A DNA stretch of 64,000 nucleotides. It comes from Azolla caroliniana. Taxonomy: Eukaryota > Plantae > Polypodiophyta. A program made the translations under genes and the position numbers. The stretch covers positions 15,562,001 to 15,626,000 of the forward strand of contig JBHGNT010000006.1 of assembly GCA_043228905.1 (NCBI GenBank), given 5' to 3'. Below, piece by piece: positions 37,840 to 50,293 of this stretch. The notes beneath the pieces are model-generated. The model ran no database searches. It had not been told where the DNA came from and was given only the letters and a program-made list of their open reading frames with translations. Each line of letters starts with the position of its first letter. Positions within the stretch are counted from its first letter, which is position 1.

Positions 37840-39083
37840 TGTCATGATATAGCAAGACTCGAACCCATGACCTTATGCTACATGGGTCGAGGTCTTGACC
37901 ATTAGACTATACATTGTAATACGTAAAAGATTATTTTCATTTATGTTTTATTATAGAAAATTGATGTATATTCCAGATTTCTCTGGAACATTCTAGAAAC
38001 TTCAGGAGTAATCCTGAGAACGCTACAAAAGGAGGCACAAGGCATTATTTCAAACCAAATCAGTTCAATGCCAGTCTTAAGCCTCCTAGCTACTATTGTA
38101 TACTCTCTTCACATAATACATATCTTTTATCATCATTCTCTTACCCATTCTCTCTCTCTATCTCTCTCTCGCTCACTCTTTCCTTCTCTTGAGAGTTCTA
38201 CATCTCTCTTAGTACTAATTCCTTCTCTTTCTTAGTACTGATCCTGACAGATATTGCTAGGGATAACTATTTTCTTTCCGGCCCGGTGTTGCCCAACGTG
38301 CAACTAACGTCTCTCAGTTGTCTAGGAGGGAACCGAGCAGGAGTAGAGCAAGTACCTCATCAGCAAGAGGTACTTCCAACGAGGTTGTTTGGTGTATCAG
38401 CCCCTGGAAGGCATTCATGTGCTCCACCATACTGGAGTCGTCTTGGTACCGGAGCCTCACTAGCATCTGAAATACCGAAACCCGATTAACAACATTTTTG
38501 TTCTGAAACATAATGCCGATTAGCTCATGAGCCTTGCTCTCTTCATTGAAGTTGTTGTACAAGCACATGTCGATGAAGCACCGTATGTAAGCCGTTGTCT
38601 TCATGTGCATCACCTCCCATACCATGGCGTCGATCTTGTCTGGTCTCTTGTCCCCAAACTGAACTGGCAACCAGAGATCTTTGACCACGAGCATGTCCCT
38701 CATCTTCAACTTCCACACTTAGTAGTTGGAGCCGGTGAGCTTGAACATGCCGCCGAATGATTCTTCCATTTTCTGTGCTATTTGCTCTGATGCCAGTTTG
38801 TAGAGAACTGCGCAGAATGTTGCTCGGCCACAACCGAGCCTTGAACACAGAAATGGGAATGAGTATGAGAGTACACAAGGAAATGATACACAAGATGTTT
38901 ACGTGGAAAACCTTAATAGGGAAAAACCATGGGAGCCCACAAACTCCAAACTATCACTATGAAGAGAGGAAATACAAAATGCAGGCACAGAGGCAACGAC
39001 CTCATCCTCGCGATCTTCGCCAAGCGGCGGTTACAACAGAGAGTGCTCGTAGCTACTCTCACGCTCTCTCTCTCTCTCTCTCA

Positions 39084-39148
<65 letters not shown>

Positions 39149-39908
39149 CAATAGTTAAGCAATATGACAACAACTCAAAACCCCCACATCTAAAGTGATT
39201 GCCCTAAGTCATATTTACAGTTATATGAACTTAGGGCTATTTACAAATATAGCCTCAATGGGCTTATTCAAGACATATTTACAAATCTGTCTTCTCTTCC
39301 GGTTCTCAGCGGGTCTTCTCCATTCATACTTGGATCCCATCCGGAGGGACCGATTTCCCAACACTAGCCTCCATGTGATTCGGCTTGTCCGAAACACTCT
39401 TCTCAATCGAATCGACTATCTCCAATTCGTCTTTTTCTAGGCTCGTGACCACATTTGACCATGTCCTGGTCCTAGCCTTCATCTTTTAGTCGGCTCTACC
39501 CTTCTTGGCTCTGCCACCTACCTTGCCTTTCTTGGCTCTACTCCCCCCTTGTTTGGATGACTCCAGCTTCGGCCCGTTCTTTCGGCCACTCCCGTTGCAT
39601 CTGATTAGTCTCCACTTAGCCGATCTTCTTCTATTTGTCCACACTTCTGACACGTCCTCAGCTTCTTCAATTGATCCAGACGTTCCCACATCTTCAATCA
39701 TTCCGAAATCGAATTCTTCACCCGATTCGGCTCCTTGGACATTTCTCCCCAGCTCGCCTTTCGCTTCTCCCCCGCAATTTTTGTAGGTCGAGATGTTGTA
39801 GACCAAGCATAGTTGAGAATTGCCGCAACTTGTCTAGGCCAAGAGGTTTGGTGAAGATATTGACAAACTGCCGATTTATAGGAACATAAACCAGTGTCAA
39901 AGTAAACG

Positions 39909-41102
39909 TGTAGAAGCGTTTGACAAACTGGCTCAACACACACACAGAGTACAGAGAGAGAGAGAGAGCAAAACATAAAACTCTATTCAAAATACTCTAA
40001 AACTCTGTGTACATGGAATGTGCTCAGAGAGCACTTTTATACAAGTCCATAAAGGACTAAAAGAAGTACTGACAGGTGCTTCAATGCTCATACGAGCGAC
40101 TGTCACAGACTCCCAAAAATATGCTTACATACTAGGCTGGATCCATAGGCCTCTAATGGCCTACCAGTTTCATTCTGATCCGGCTCCTGGTTCTAGATAT
40201 CATCCGGACACCGATCCGGTTCTCCGATCCAGATACCGATCCTACTTTGGCTTATTCAGCCGATCCAGATCCCTCAACAGTCCCCCTCAAGCTCAACTTG
40301 AGGTCGGATCGTGGTGTCAATGTCTATAGTAGCCGACCCTTCCATCCGGCTCCTTCTAGCGTCGTTTCGCCTTGTCGCGCTCCTCGTTAGGTCCGATCCC
40401 ATTTCCTGCAACCCTTCTAGTTCTGCACACCTCGACCTCCTCGATTGGCTTGTCTGCTGAGCAGGCCCATTTCAGCTCCTTCGTTGTTATGACTTCGGCG
40501 CTTGTCGACTCATTGGTTCCTCCGTTTCGGTGTCTACTTCCGCTGCCTTCTCGTATGCTTGGCTTTAGTTGATCTGGCTCTTCCGAATCTACTTCCTCCG
40601 ATTCATTCCAGCTCTTGTCCGAGTTGGTAGTCTCCAACTCGTCTTCCGTTTTTAGGCCCTTCACCACATCGGATCACGTCCGGGTCTTGGCCTTCTTCCA
40701 GTCGGCTCTATCCTTCTTGACTCTCCCGTCGTTGCTGCTTGCTCCGACTTGTTCGGATGTGCCGACTCCTTTGGTCGTCTCGGCTTCCTTTATCTGCTCA
40801 TCTCCCCCCTTGATTCTTTCTTCCTTTCCAGTTCCTTGTCCGGTGCCATCCGTTCTTGTTCCTATTCCTATTCTCCCCCTCAAGTGCGGCACGTCGAGCA
40901 TCTCCGAAAAGTGCTGCAACTTGTTCGATTCGAGTGGCTTGGTGAAGATATCGGCAGCTTGCTGATCCGTGTGAACATACTGAAGTTCAACTTCACCGCT
41001 CAAGACCCGCTCATGCACAAAGTGATAGTGCACTTCTATGTGCTTCTCGACGAGCTGTATGTTGCTTACGTTGTCGCAGTACATCAGGATCGGGGTTAGC
41101 AC
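39909..41102 (-). mobile_element. 3' end of a copia element: RNase H end, charged extension, PPT and 3' LTR 39909-40279
   Basis: YCDNVSNIQL, KHIEVHYHFV, QAADIFTKPL; PPT rc CTTGAGGGGGAC next to the LTR. Confidence 0.8.
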
Positions 41103-41109
41103 CTCGATC

Positions 41110-44100
41110 CGTCATTCATTTCTTGTAGAAATGTGGTTGGAGCATTGGTCAAACCAAAAGGCATAACCAAAAACTCATAATGGCCATAGTGAGTACGAAA
41201 TGCCGTTTTAGGAACATCATCCTCGCTTATACAAATTTGATGGTAGCCCGTACAGAGATCAAGTTTTGTAAAATATTGAGCTCCCTAGAGACAGTCAATT
41301 AGATCGTCGGCCTAGGGCAATGGATATGAATTCTTGATCGTCAATTTATTCAGGCGTCGGTAATTAATACACATACGCCATGTGCCCTCTTTCTTTTTAA
41401 CCAAGAGAACAGGTGCACCCCATAGAGATTTACTATAACATATATAACCCATTCGTAAATAGTCCTTGAGTTGCTTAGATACCTCATCCTCTTCAGATTA
41501 ACTTAAGCAATAAGGAGGTATACTTATTGGTGCAACGCCAGGTACAATATATATATAATAGTCTATAAATATGTTTAAGAGGCAACCCATGTGATAGTTC
41601 ACTCGGAAAAACATCACGAAAATCATTTAAGATTTCATCGAGTTGTTGTTGTTCAAAATGTGATAATTGAATCGAGACATTATCGATATTGTAAACGTGA
41701 ATGTTCGGATCAAGTACACAATAAAATAAAGTAGAACAAGACAACTCGGATATTGATGGAGAGAGGAAACAATCGAAAGAGATTGTTTTTTAACACATTG
41801 AATAAAATGAGTACAATCGTTCAATACAAAAGTAATTGAATGATGAAGCCAATCAATAGATAAAGAAGAGTTTTTATTAAAAAACCAAGGATAACCCAGT
41901 ATTACATAAATGGTACAAAGATTCATTACATGGAATTCTACTTCCTCTATATAAGTATCAATAGAAATTCCTAATGAATGAATCACCCCGTTGATGTATT
42001 GTACTCTTCCATAAGCCAAGTGCACCCTATAGGTGTGATCACTTACGGTGGGTTGGATTCCCATATCTGAACCAAACGATCATTCACAAAATTGTACGAG
42101 ATACCCATTGATATACCCGTTTGCACGTAGTAAATCATTGGGCCCGAATACATAGTGAGGGAAAGAACATTAACAATTACTTAAATGATGTGTATGGACC
42201 GAGTCAAGGACTTTAGGAATCTGACCTTTATGGTCTGCAACTTTTGCTTTGTTGTCATGCTCTTTCCGTTGGAGCTTTCGACATTGTTCTTTTGTATGGC
42301 CCTTCTTTTTGTAGAATACGCAAAAAGGATGTTGTCGCTTACAATCGCGATCCATGAATTCGTTGGGTGTCTTGCGTTTCCCAGCGAATTGCGATTGCTT
42401 AGTCCCGGGCGCATGGTTGGGTTTCTTATGGTCCTTCGAAGTGCGTTGATAGAGAAGAACTATTTCAACGGCCTCTTCGAAGGATTTTTTATCCTTATCG
42501 TGCACTATCCAGTGATAGTCCGAATTGGGGATGCCATTGACGTAATAAGCTATTATCCAATTGTCCCCTTCCAGACCCGATTTTTGGATTTGGGTTCTAG
42601 CATGGTGGACATAGTCTTCTCGCAAAGAAAATTTCCGGCTAGAGAGGTTCATTTAAGCTTGTGCGCCCTCGATTCGAGAGGGAGGTTGTAGAAATTGGCC
42701 CTTAAAAACTGTGACAAAATCTGTCAAAGTATTGGGCAATTTCCCCAAAGTTCAGAGCCCACGCCACCAAGCGGCGGCCTTACCCCCTAGTTCTCGGCCA
42801 ACATATGCAATCTTTGTACTATATGGCGTGGGATAGAGCTCAAAATGAGACTCCTATCGGCCTAGCCACACGCATATTGCTTCTTCAGTTCTTTCCTTTT
42901 TTTCTCCCGTAAATGGCTTTATGACAAATGATGGTTCACCCTAACCCTCATCGGGTCTATTAGTCTCACGTTGTAAACTAATGACACGTGCCTCGAGAGC
43001 ACTTTGAGATTGCCGAAGTTCACACATCTAATGCGCGGTTGAACTAAGAAAATGTTGTATTTGTAAAAAATACGATTCAATGGACATTGGTCCAAGAGGA
43101 TTTACTTGAGTTCCTTCCGCTTGAGCGGATGACATCGAGTCGTTATTCTGAGCCCTTGAATGATTATTTCTGGCAAAGAAATAGGATAAGATTAGACAAA
43201 TAGTCATACCATTAAGTCGTGATGTAAACATATCATGGGCCAACATTAATCGAGCCCTTATTTCCCTTCTCATTTATCACAAACTATGTTGGTATGTTAC
43301 CTAACCTCAAGTCTCATAATTATGATGGCATATGCCAAAGAGCAACCTAATGTTCATGCCAAATGAGCCCTCTTTTCGTAGTAGGCCCATGTGGCCCATC
43401 ACATGGTTACGTCATTACGAATGCCTTTTGTAAGAATGATCTCTATCTTGAATAATCATGGGGGCTCCCTGAGGCTCAACCATGGTTCTAGAATCAATGT
43501 AATTTCCTAGTTACCCTTATATTAAAATGCCAACTCAACATGTATTGATATGGTCGAGAAAGTGTATTACGTGTAAAAACAAGTGCACTCACAAGTAATA
43601 TTGTAGTCTTGCGAGTAGCAAGCAAATGCTATGTAAAAAAGAGAAAAATAAGTCACTACCTATAAGAGTCAAGAAGTGATGAAAACAAGATTCAAAAACC
43701 ATGTGTTGTCTACTAAACAAAAATACCACAAATAAATGGATGGTGTGAGGTATGCACATATCCATCCCAATATGGTGGTTGTAATTTGCACAATTGTGAC
43801 ATAAGCCACAAATTGATACAAGTGGTGGTGGTGGTGTGCGCAAAGATGTAGTACTTACTCAAATTTATGAGTAAAACATCAATACGGGAACTCATGTGGT
43901 TTTACTCGAGTTCTAAGGTTCGATAATATGAGTTAAACCTAGATGACCTATTGGAAAAAATCATTCAAAAAATGGCATGATGCCCACTCCATACGAAAAA
44001 ATAGTTTGCACGGAAGTGTTATATCATAGGTAACCGTGTGTAAATACTTTAAACATGAAAAGGAAGGGGGAAAAAGAGTGTTAATTGTGGGCGGGTGTTA

Positions 44101-44176
44101 CGAATAGTACTGAGACGGAGAGGAAATTAGTACTAAAAGATGAATATTAGTACTAAGAGGAAAAGAGGGTGTAGAA

Positions 44177-44221
<45 letters not shown>

Positions 44222-45630
44222 GATGATGACAACGATATATTATGTGAAAAGAATATACAAGGATGGCTAGGAGGCTTAAGACTAGCGTTGAACTGATTTG
44301 GTTCGAAATAATGCCTTGTGCCTCCTTTTATAGTGTTCTCAAGAGTACTCCTAAAGTTTCTAGAATGTTCTAGAGATATCTAGAAGATACATCAATTTTC
44401 TATAGTAAAACTTAAATGAAAATAATTTCGTATTACAATAAATAGTCTAATGGTCAAAAGCTCGACCCATGTAACATAAGGTTGTGGGTTCGAATCCTGC
44501 CATATCATGACAGCGGGTAAACAATAATTACAAGAAAATCATACAAAAATGAAACGAGAATTTGTATAATTTGAAATTAATTAGAATAATAATCAATTAG
44601 GTGTATGGAACATTAATCATGTCTTAAGGTATGAAACCCTAAGGTAGTCGACATGCACCCCACCCCCTTAAGACCACCACATCTCCCTAGAATCAGCAAA
44701 GTGATGCCTCAATAGAGAGTACAGTGGCATAGGTAGGCGACATATACCTCTTCAAGGCCACAACATCCCATAGAATTGGCCAAGTGATGGCTCAATAAAG
44801 GGAAGAATGGCATACTCAACATCGTATGCAAAAAGGCCATGAGGTGAGTATTTGCCATTAAGGCAAACACGCTCGACCCGATGCACAAGAATAATTATTA
44901 TCGTAAGAGATGGCTCAAGAGAGGGCAGAGTGGGAGATACATCGCAATATGCAAAAGGGCCATGAGTTAAGCGTGTGCGATTAGTGCAAAACACGGTCAA
45001 CCCGATGCGTAAGTAGATTAACATCGTATTATGGTAGAAAGAAGAAAGAAAAGAAAAGAAAAGAGAGAATGAGAAAGAAGAAATACCAGGTTAAGAATGT
45101 TGTTTTGATCCTGTCCAGAGCATGACGAGCCTTGTTAGATCCCCATCGCTCACACACAAAAACATCAAAAGAACAAAAAAAAATGTTAGTAAATGCCCTG
45201 ATACCACTATTAAGAGTCTATTACTAATCAATAGACCAAACTAAAGTAAAAGAAGTAAAATAGATTGGATAGAAGATCCCGTTCCACCAGACTACCCTCG
45301 AGCTGTGACCTAAACATAACCCAACCTACCACCGACGTCCCATACCGCCGGATATTTGGATGACTAATACTTTGGAAGAGATAAACACGATCGTCGAGAC
45401 GAAAGCCTAGCCCGCACCATTGGTGTTTACGACAACAACCTTTTCGTCCCCTGAATAGATGTGCCTTTCTAAAAGGCTCTCCATTCATTGGTTGTCCAAA
45501 TCATGATAGTGCATGAACCTATCATTCCTTCTATCCAATCATATTAGTCCCCTTTTTAACATTAGTGAATATAGCCTTCACTTATGTAAATATTAGTGAT
45601 CTACCCTCACCCACGTTATGTGTACATAAT
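41110..45630 (-). mobile_element. 5' half of a degenerate Ty3/gypsy element with ~2-kb 5' leader
   Basis: Met PBS rc TGGTATCAGGGC at 45195-45206, gag remnants 42170-43100, protease [34 protein letters not shown] near 41140-41210. LTR limits approximate. Confidence 0.75.
44096..44512 (-). mobile_element. Solo LTR related to the Tcn1-like family at 28396-38249
   Basis: TG...CA termini, perfect TSD GCGGG, reverse-complement similarity to 37840-38249. Confidence 0.9.
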
Positions 45631-47060
45631 AGAAACGTAAGGTAATACCACGAAGCTAATTCATCAAAGATGATTTCTTGACTCATCCGCACTTGCTTTG
45701 TCTGGGGGTTGTAGCATTTGTACCCCTTCTGCTTGTGCGAGTAGCCGACCAAGGTAGTACAGTTCTTGCCCTTGGCATCCAACTTCCTTCATCTCTCATC
45801 CAGTATATGCACATATTGACGAGAAATATGTGGAATAATCTCTGGCCACAACCGAAGCGTAGATCACTTGATGACAATCAAACTTAGAAGAAATGGGAAT
45901 GGAGGTAAGTACCCAAATAGAAAAAGAATACACATAATGTTAACGTGGAAAACCCTGAGAGGGAAAAACCACGGGAGTCCACAGACTCCAAACTATCACT
46001 ATGTCAAGGAGTACAACAGGGAGCACAGAGCCAACGACCTCTCGCTCACAATCTTCGCCTGGCGGCGGTTACAATAGAGCCATGCTCTGTATCTCTCTCT
46101 CTCTCTCTCTCTGTACAGTCGTTACACCAAAAATAACTCTCTACAAAAGATAACAACAACTGTCATGATATCAACACTGTTTGCTCTAGGTCCCATTTAT
46201 ACTAATATGACATTAGGAGTATTTACAGATATAGCCCCAATGGGCTCTCAGAAACATATCTACATATATGTCCCTTCATCCGGCGAGAGGTTCTCACCGG
46301 GCCTGCAACATCCGGTTCTCACCAGGTCTTCCTTGCCGGGTACTCATCATCCGGTTCTCACTAGGTTTGCATCATCCGGTTCTCACCGGTTCTTCCGATG
46401 TCGGGCCTTCGTATCCCATCCGGAGGGACCGAGATCCTAACACATATGCGATACTACCGAACAACGTGAGGTATGCCAAATTTGGCTTCCGCCTGAAACA
46501 AAACTCGTGTGATGACACCTTTCTCCCCGAAGCAGAGATCTGATTCTATATATAGATGGCCCTCCGGAGCGCTTTGGCCCAGTAGATCCTAGGCATGTTC
46601 TTCTCCTCTAGCATTGTCGTGACTGCTTCTACAATTGTTCGGTTCCATCTCCTAGCCACATCGTTCTACTCCGGCATGTATCTACAGGAGAACTCTCTCC
46701 AAATTCCCTTATTCTGTCGATAGCTTGTGAACTGGCCGAAGAAGTATTCCTTTCCGCCATCCAACCTTAGATACTTGATCTTCCGTTCAATTTCCCGTTC
46801 GACTTCACTCTTCTTCTCAATGAGGTACACCCAAGTGCGCCGGGTGAAGTCATAAATGAAGGAGACGAAATATCAACTCTCGCCCATGCTCACGCAACCT
46901 GCCGGTTCCCATACATCTGTGTGGATTAGATCGAGCTGATTCCGGCTCTGATTCTTCTCATTTGGGAACAAAAGCCTATGTTGCTTCCCGAGTTGGCAAG
47001 CTTCACATACATGGACTTTTTGGCCGCTGAACTTCAAAAGTTCAAATACTAAGTCTCCTA
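45630..47060 (-). pseudogene. Copia integrase remnant interrupted by a solo LTR
   Basis: VGYSHKQKGYKCYNP, LIHTDVW and DGGKEY-like text on the minus strand. Confidence 0.7.
45817..46442 (-). mobile_element. Solo LTR (Tork-like copia family)
   Basis: TG...CA termini, perfect TSD CATAT, similarity to LTRs at 23315 and 38799. Confidence 0.85.
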
Positions 47061-47069
47061 TAATGCGTT

Positions 47070-47480
47070 AGAGGTATAACGAGTACATCGTGCATCACTA
47101 TGCGTACATGATGAAGCAGGAGAGCTTCGCGGAAGCATCATAGGATGTGAAGTGGGAAGCAATCACCGAGGAAGAAATGCAAGCATTAGCCGCAAACGAG
47201 ACCTAGGACCTGGTTGACCCACCCAAACAATCCAAACCGATCCGATGAGGGTGGATCTACAAGATCAAGTACAATGACGATGGTTCCATGAGCTGGTACA
47301 AAGCCAAGTTAGTGGCTAAAGACTGTTGCAAATCCACGTAATCAATTACGATGAGACCTTTGCGCTTGTTGCAAAGATGACGACGGTTTGTGCGTTGTGG
47401 CTGTTGCAGCAGCAAAAGGGTGGCATATTCACCAGATGGATGTGAAGAATGCCTTCCTCCAAGGTGACCTTGAGGAAACA
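47070..47480 (+). pseudogene. Copia RT fragment
   Basis: [31 protein letters not shown]. Confidence 0.75.
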
Positions 47481-48200
47481 TGCAAAAGAATAGTGTGCGA
47501 AAACTAACACAAATAGACATAGCTAGCTCTGCCAAACACTTGCAAACAATTAGGAATACACAGAGAAGGAGAGGGAGAGAGACTGAGTAGGGCAAACAAC
47601 AACTTTCTATGTGCTCATAAAGCACTTTATATACAAGTCCTCAAAAAGGAGGGACACATACTTTAATGCTCATTAACCGAGCATCTGACATTAGTAGCGT
47701 ATAATATTCCTATTTACTAAACTAGGAATGTAGGCTCCTAATGGCTTGTCGGCTCCCCACCGATCCGGCTCTTGGCCTCTTTGGCTGATTGGGCCCATGT
47801 TGAGCTTGTCTCTCAACACTCTCCCTCAAGCAGAAATTGAGGTTCCTTGTTAGCTTCACTTGCTCCACCACTCTAGCTTCTCGTGGCGGCACGCCTTCTT
47901 GCTTGTGCTCCATGACCCATCTGGTCCTACTGTCCTTGACCTGCCTGGTTGTCTTGTCTACTCCGAAGACCCTCGATGGCATTCTTTCCCTTATAGGTTT
48001 GGCGCCACTCAACTAGTTGGCTCCTCTGCATCGACGTCTACTTCGGTTGCCTCCTCATCCGTTTGGCCTTCATGTAATTTGGCTCATCTGAGTCGCATGT
48101 TTCCGGTTCGTTGTGGCTCTTGTCTGAATCGACAGTCTTTGATTCTTCGTGTTACTCCTTTCTGGAGGAACACACTCTCGATTACTACTTTCGAGTAACC
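47480..48200 (-). mobile_element. Copia 3' LTR (~47480-47818) with PPT and 3' extension
   Basis: TCTCAACA edge then CTCTCCCTCAAGC (rc PPT); similar to 39909-40279. Confidence 0.65.
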
Positions 48201-48213
48201 GGACCAAGGTGAT

Positions 48214-50293
48214 TGTGGTAGGTAGGAAGGAAGGAACCTCAGGTCGTCCAGTCGGCTATGCACTTAGCCGGATATGGGAGTTAAGGGAGGTAACTCTGCG
48301 CCAAGGAATTCCTAGATAACACTCTTGGTGAATCCCTGAGCTCATCCGATCTGCACAACACTCAGGGATGCTAAGTACTCTTTAGAAATTCTTAGGGATG
48401 AAGTAATAGATCTCTTGTCAAATCGGCTACAACCAATCACAGGCTCGCGATTACACATAGACCATATACTTAGATTACATGAGAGGCACACAAGATTGAC
48501 CCCACAAGAAAGAATACTTGATTATGAATACATACAAATACAATTACCGATCGACTGTCGGTATAACACTTACTCAATCTCTCTTTTCTTACCTAACAAT
48601 ATTATCCCCGTTTGTTCTCATTCATAAAGTGTTTATATAATATTACATGCTTTCCTATTTTTTGGGAAGCATGGTTAGTTCCAATCGTTTTAAATACTCG
48701 GCTCCCTTTATTTGGTTGTTTGTGCTCAACTCCTTCTGTCTCCTTTTCACACCTTGTGCCATCGGCCAACACTTGGCACGCCCGTGGAATAGTGATTTGT
48801 ATGTTGAACCCAAAAAAAAAATCAAAAGAATAATCGAAAAAAAATCATCATCAAAATTGATGCTACTTATTCCTCATAAAAAATATGCAAGATGCTCGGT
48901 GATTGCCGAGAGTCATCTACTTTGATGTCCAACTCAGCCACCTATATGGGATGTGTTTGTTGTACTTTGGTCGATTGATCTTCTGTTGTCGTTGCTTGTT
49001 GATTTTCGATGGTCGGGTAGTTTTGTGAGCTCATGCTCCCTCTAATGTTCGCTTTTTGCTTGTGGTAGTATTTTGTCAGTTGGGAGCTATTGCTACGTCG
49101 TTGTGTCCCCATCCTCACCACCCTCGTCTTGCTCTTCTATGCCTATGATGAGTGCGTCGTGTTCCCCACCCATCTCTAGTTCGGCTTTGCCCTCGCAGGT
49201 TTCGTCTTCTGTTTGTCCTCGAACCTCAGGTTTGGACTCAACCTGTATTCTTTCTTGTTCATATTTATGTAAATCAATGGTGAGTTGCGTTGTGCATCTG
49301 GGCAAGTAGAATTCGTCAGTTAGGTCCTCGTCCATTTTGTTGAATCCTCAGCCCTCTTTTTGGTGGTTTTCATGATCTGCTCGGAATATCTGTAATTCTT
49401 CCACTTGTGTTGACCATTCTTTCCATCCAACTACTTTCGAGGTTCAACTGCTTTCGATGCCTTTCCAACATGGCCTTGATTCCAGGTTCACCCATCTCGG
49501 ATTTTACGCGAAGCTCTTGTAAATCGTCTGCAAAGCGGGGGTGCTGATTTCTCATTTCCTCCATGTGGGCCCACATTTGCTTGGCGCGGTCATCGCAGTG
49601 ATCGCGTTCGTGCTATAACTGGTGCTCCAGTCGAAACTCGCGTTCCTGGAATAATGCAGCTTGTGTTGCTACATCTCGATAATGTTTCATTGGACCCGGT
49701 CACGGATTTGAAGGTCGAGCAGTTGTTTGTGGTGTTCGGTGAAGTCGAGCAGGAACACATTGTGTTCTTTCTGAAGTTTCATGTACTGAGCTTGTTCCAT
49801 GGATTTGGAGGTCAAGCAATTGTTTGTGGTGTTCGGTGAAGTTGAGCAAGAACACCTTGTGTTCTTTTTGGAGTTTCATGTACTGTGCATGTTCATCTCG
49901 GAGGTCTTGAAGGTCGTTTTTTGTAGCCTTAAGCATCTATTTTAATTCCTCCTCCTTTGCCCGAATGACTTCTACTGCATGGTCCATTTGTGCCCGAACG
50001 GTCATTGCCGCCTGCGCTTCTTTTGCCCAAAGGAATTCGGTTGCCTGCAACACTTTTTCCCGAAGGACTTGGTTGGAATTCGGTTGCCTGCAACACTTTT
50101 TCCCGAAGGACTTGGTTGTATTCCTCTGCCTTCACTTTTAAAGTCGTTTCGAGCTGCTCCTGCAGTTCGAATTCTCTTTTCTTCGATTGTTGGAGGGCTT
50201 CACGGAGTTGGTGGAGTTCGGCTAGGGCCTCCTGTTGGTGTTGTTTAGCCTTCTTGGCAATCGTTGTTAGTGCTTCCAATTCTTTCGCGAGGT
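48214..50293 (-). mobile_element. 3' end of a gypsy element: LTR ~48214-48771, inverted PBS, coiled-coil extra-ORF remnant
   Basis: LTR edge GGCCAACA then TGGCACGCCCGTGGA at 48774; minus-strand coiled-coil ORF pieces 49093-50290. Confidence 0.7.

Larger units (their letters stand above)
28396..38249 (+). mobile_element. Chromovirus Ty3/gypsy element (Tcn1-like) with a LINE nested in its 5' LTR
   Basis: LTRs 28396-32982 (split) and 37840-38249, PPT AAAGGGGGGATAG at 37827-37839. Degenerate gag from 33141, RT IYLDDLLVYS, integrase WQSIALDFITDLP, chromodomain YEVAAILDS...YLVNWLGY. Confidence 0.92.
23315..39363 (-). mobile_element. Full-length Ty1/copia (Tork/Tnt1-like) element carrying nested insertions
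   Basis: LTRs 23315-23845 and 38799-39363, TSD CTAGT/CTAGC, PBS rc TGGCATCAGAGC at 38784-38795, PPT rc GAAGGGGGAAAT at 23846-23857. Degenerate gag at 38314-38718 and pol at 23860-28395 (YVEDML, QMDVKTTFL, DNGGEY). Confidence 0.92.

Noticed and set aside
28391-38254. TSD for the Tcn1-like element A
   Set aside because: Flanks TACTC and GATAT do not match, so no TSD is claimed; boundaries rest on LTR similarity and the interrupted copia gag
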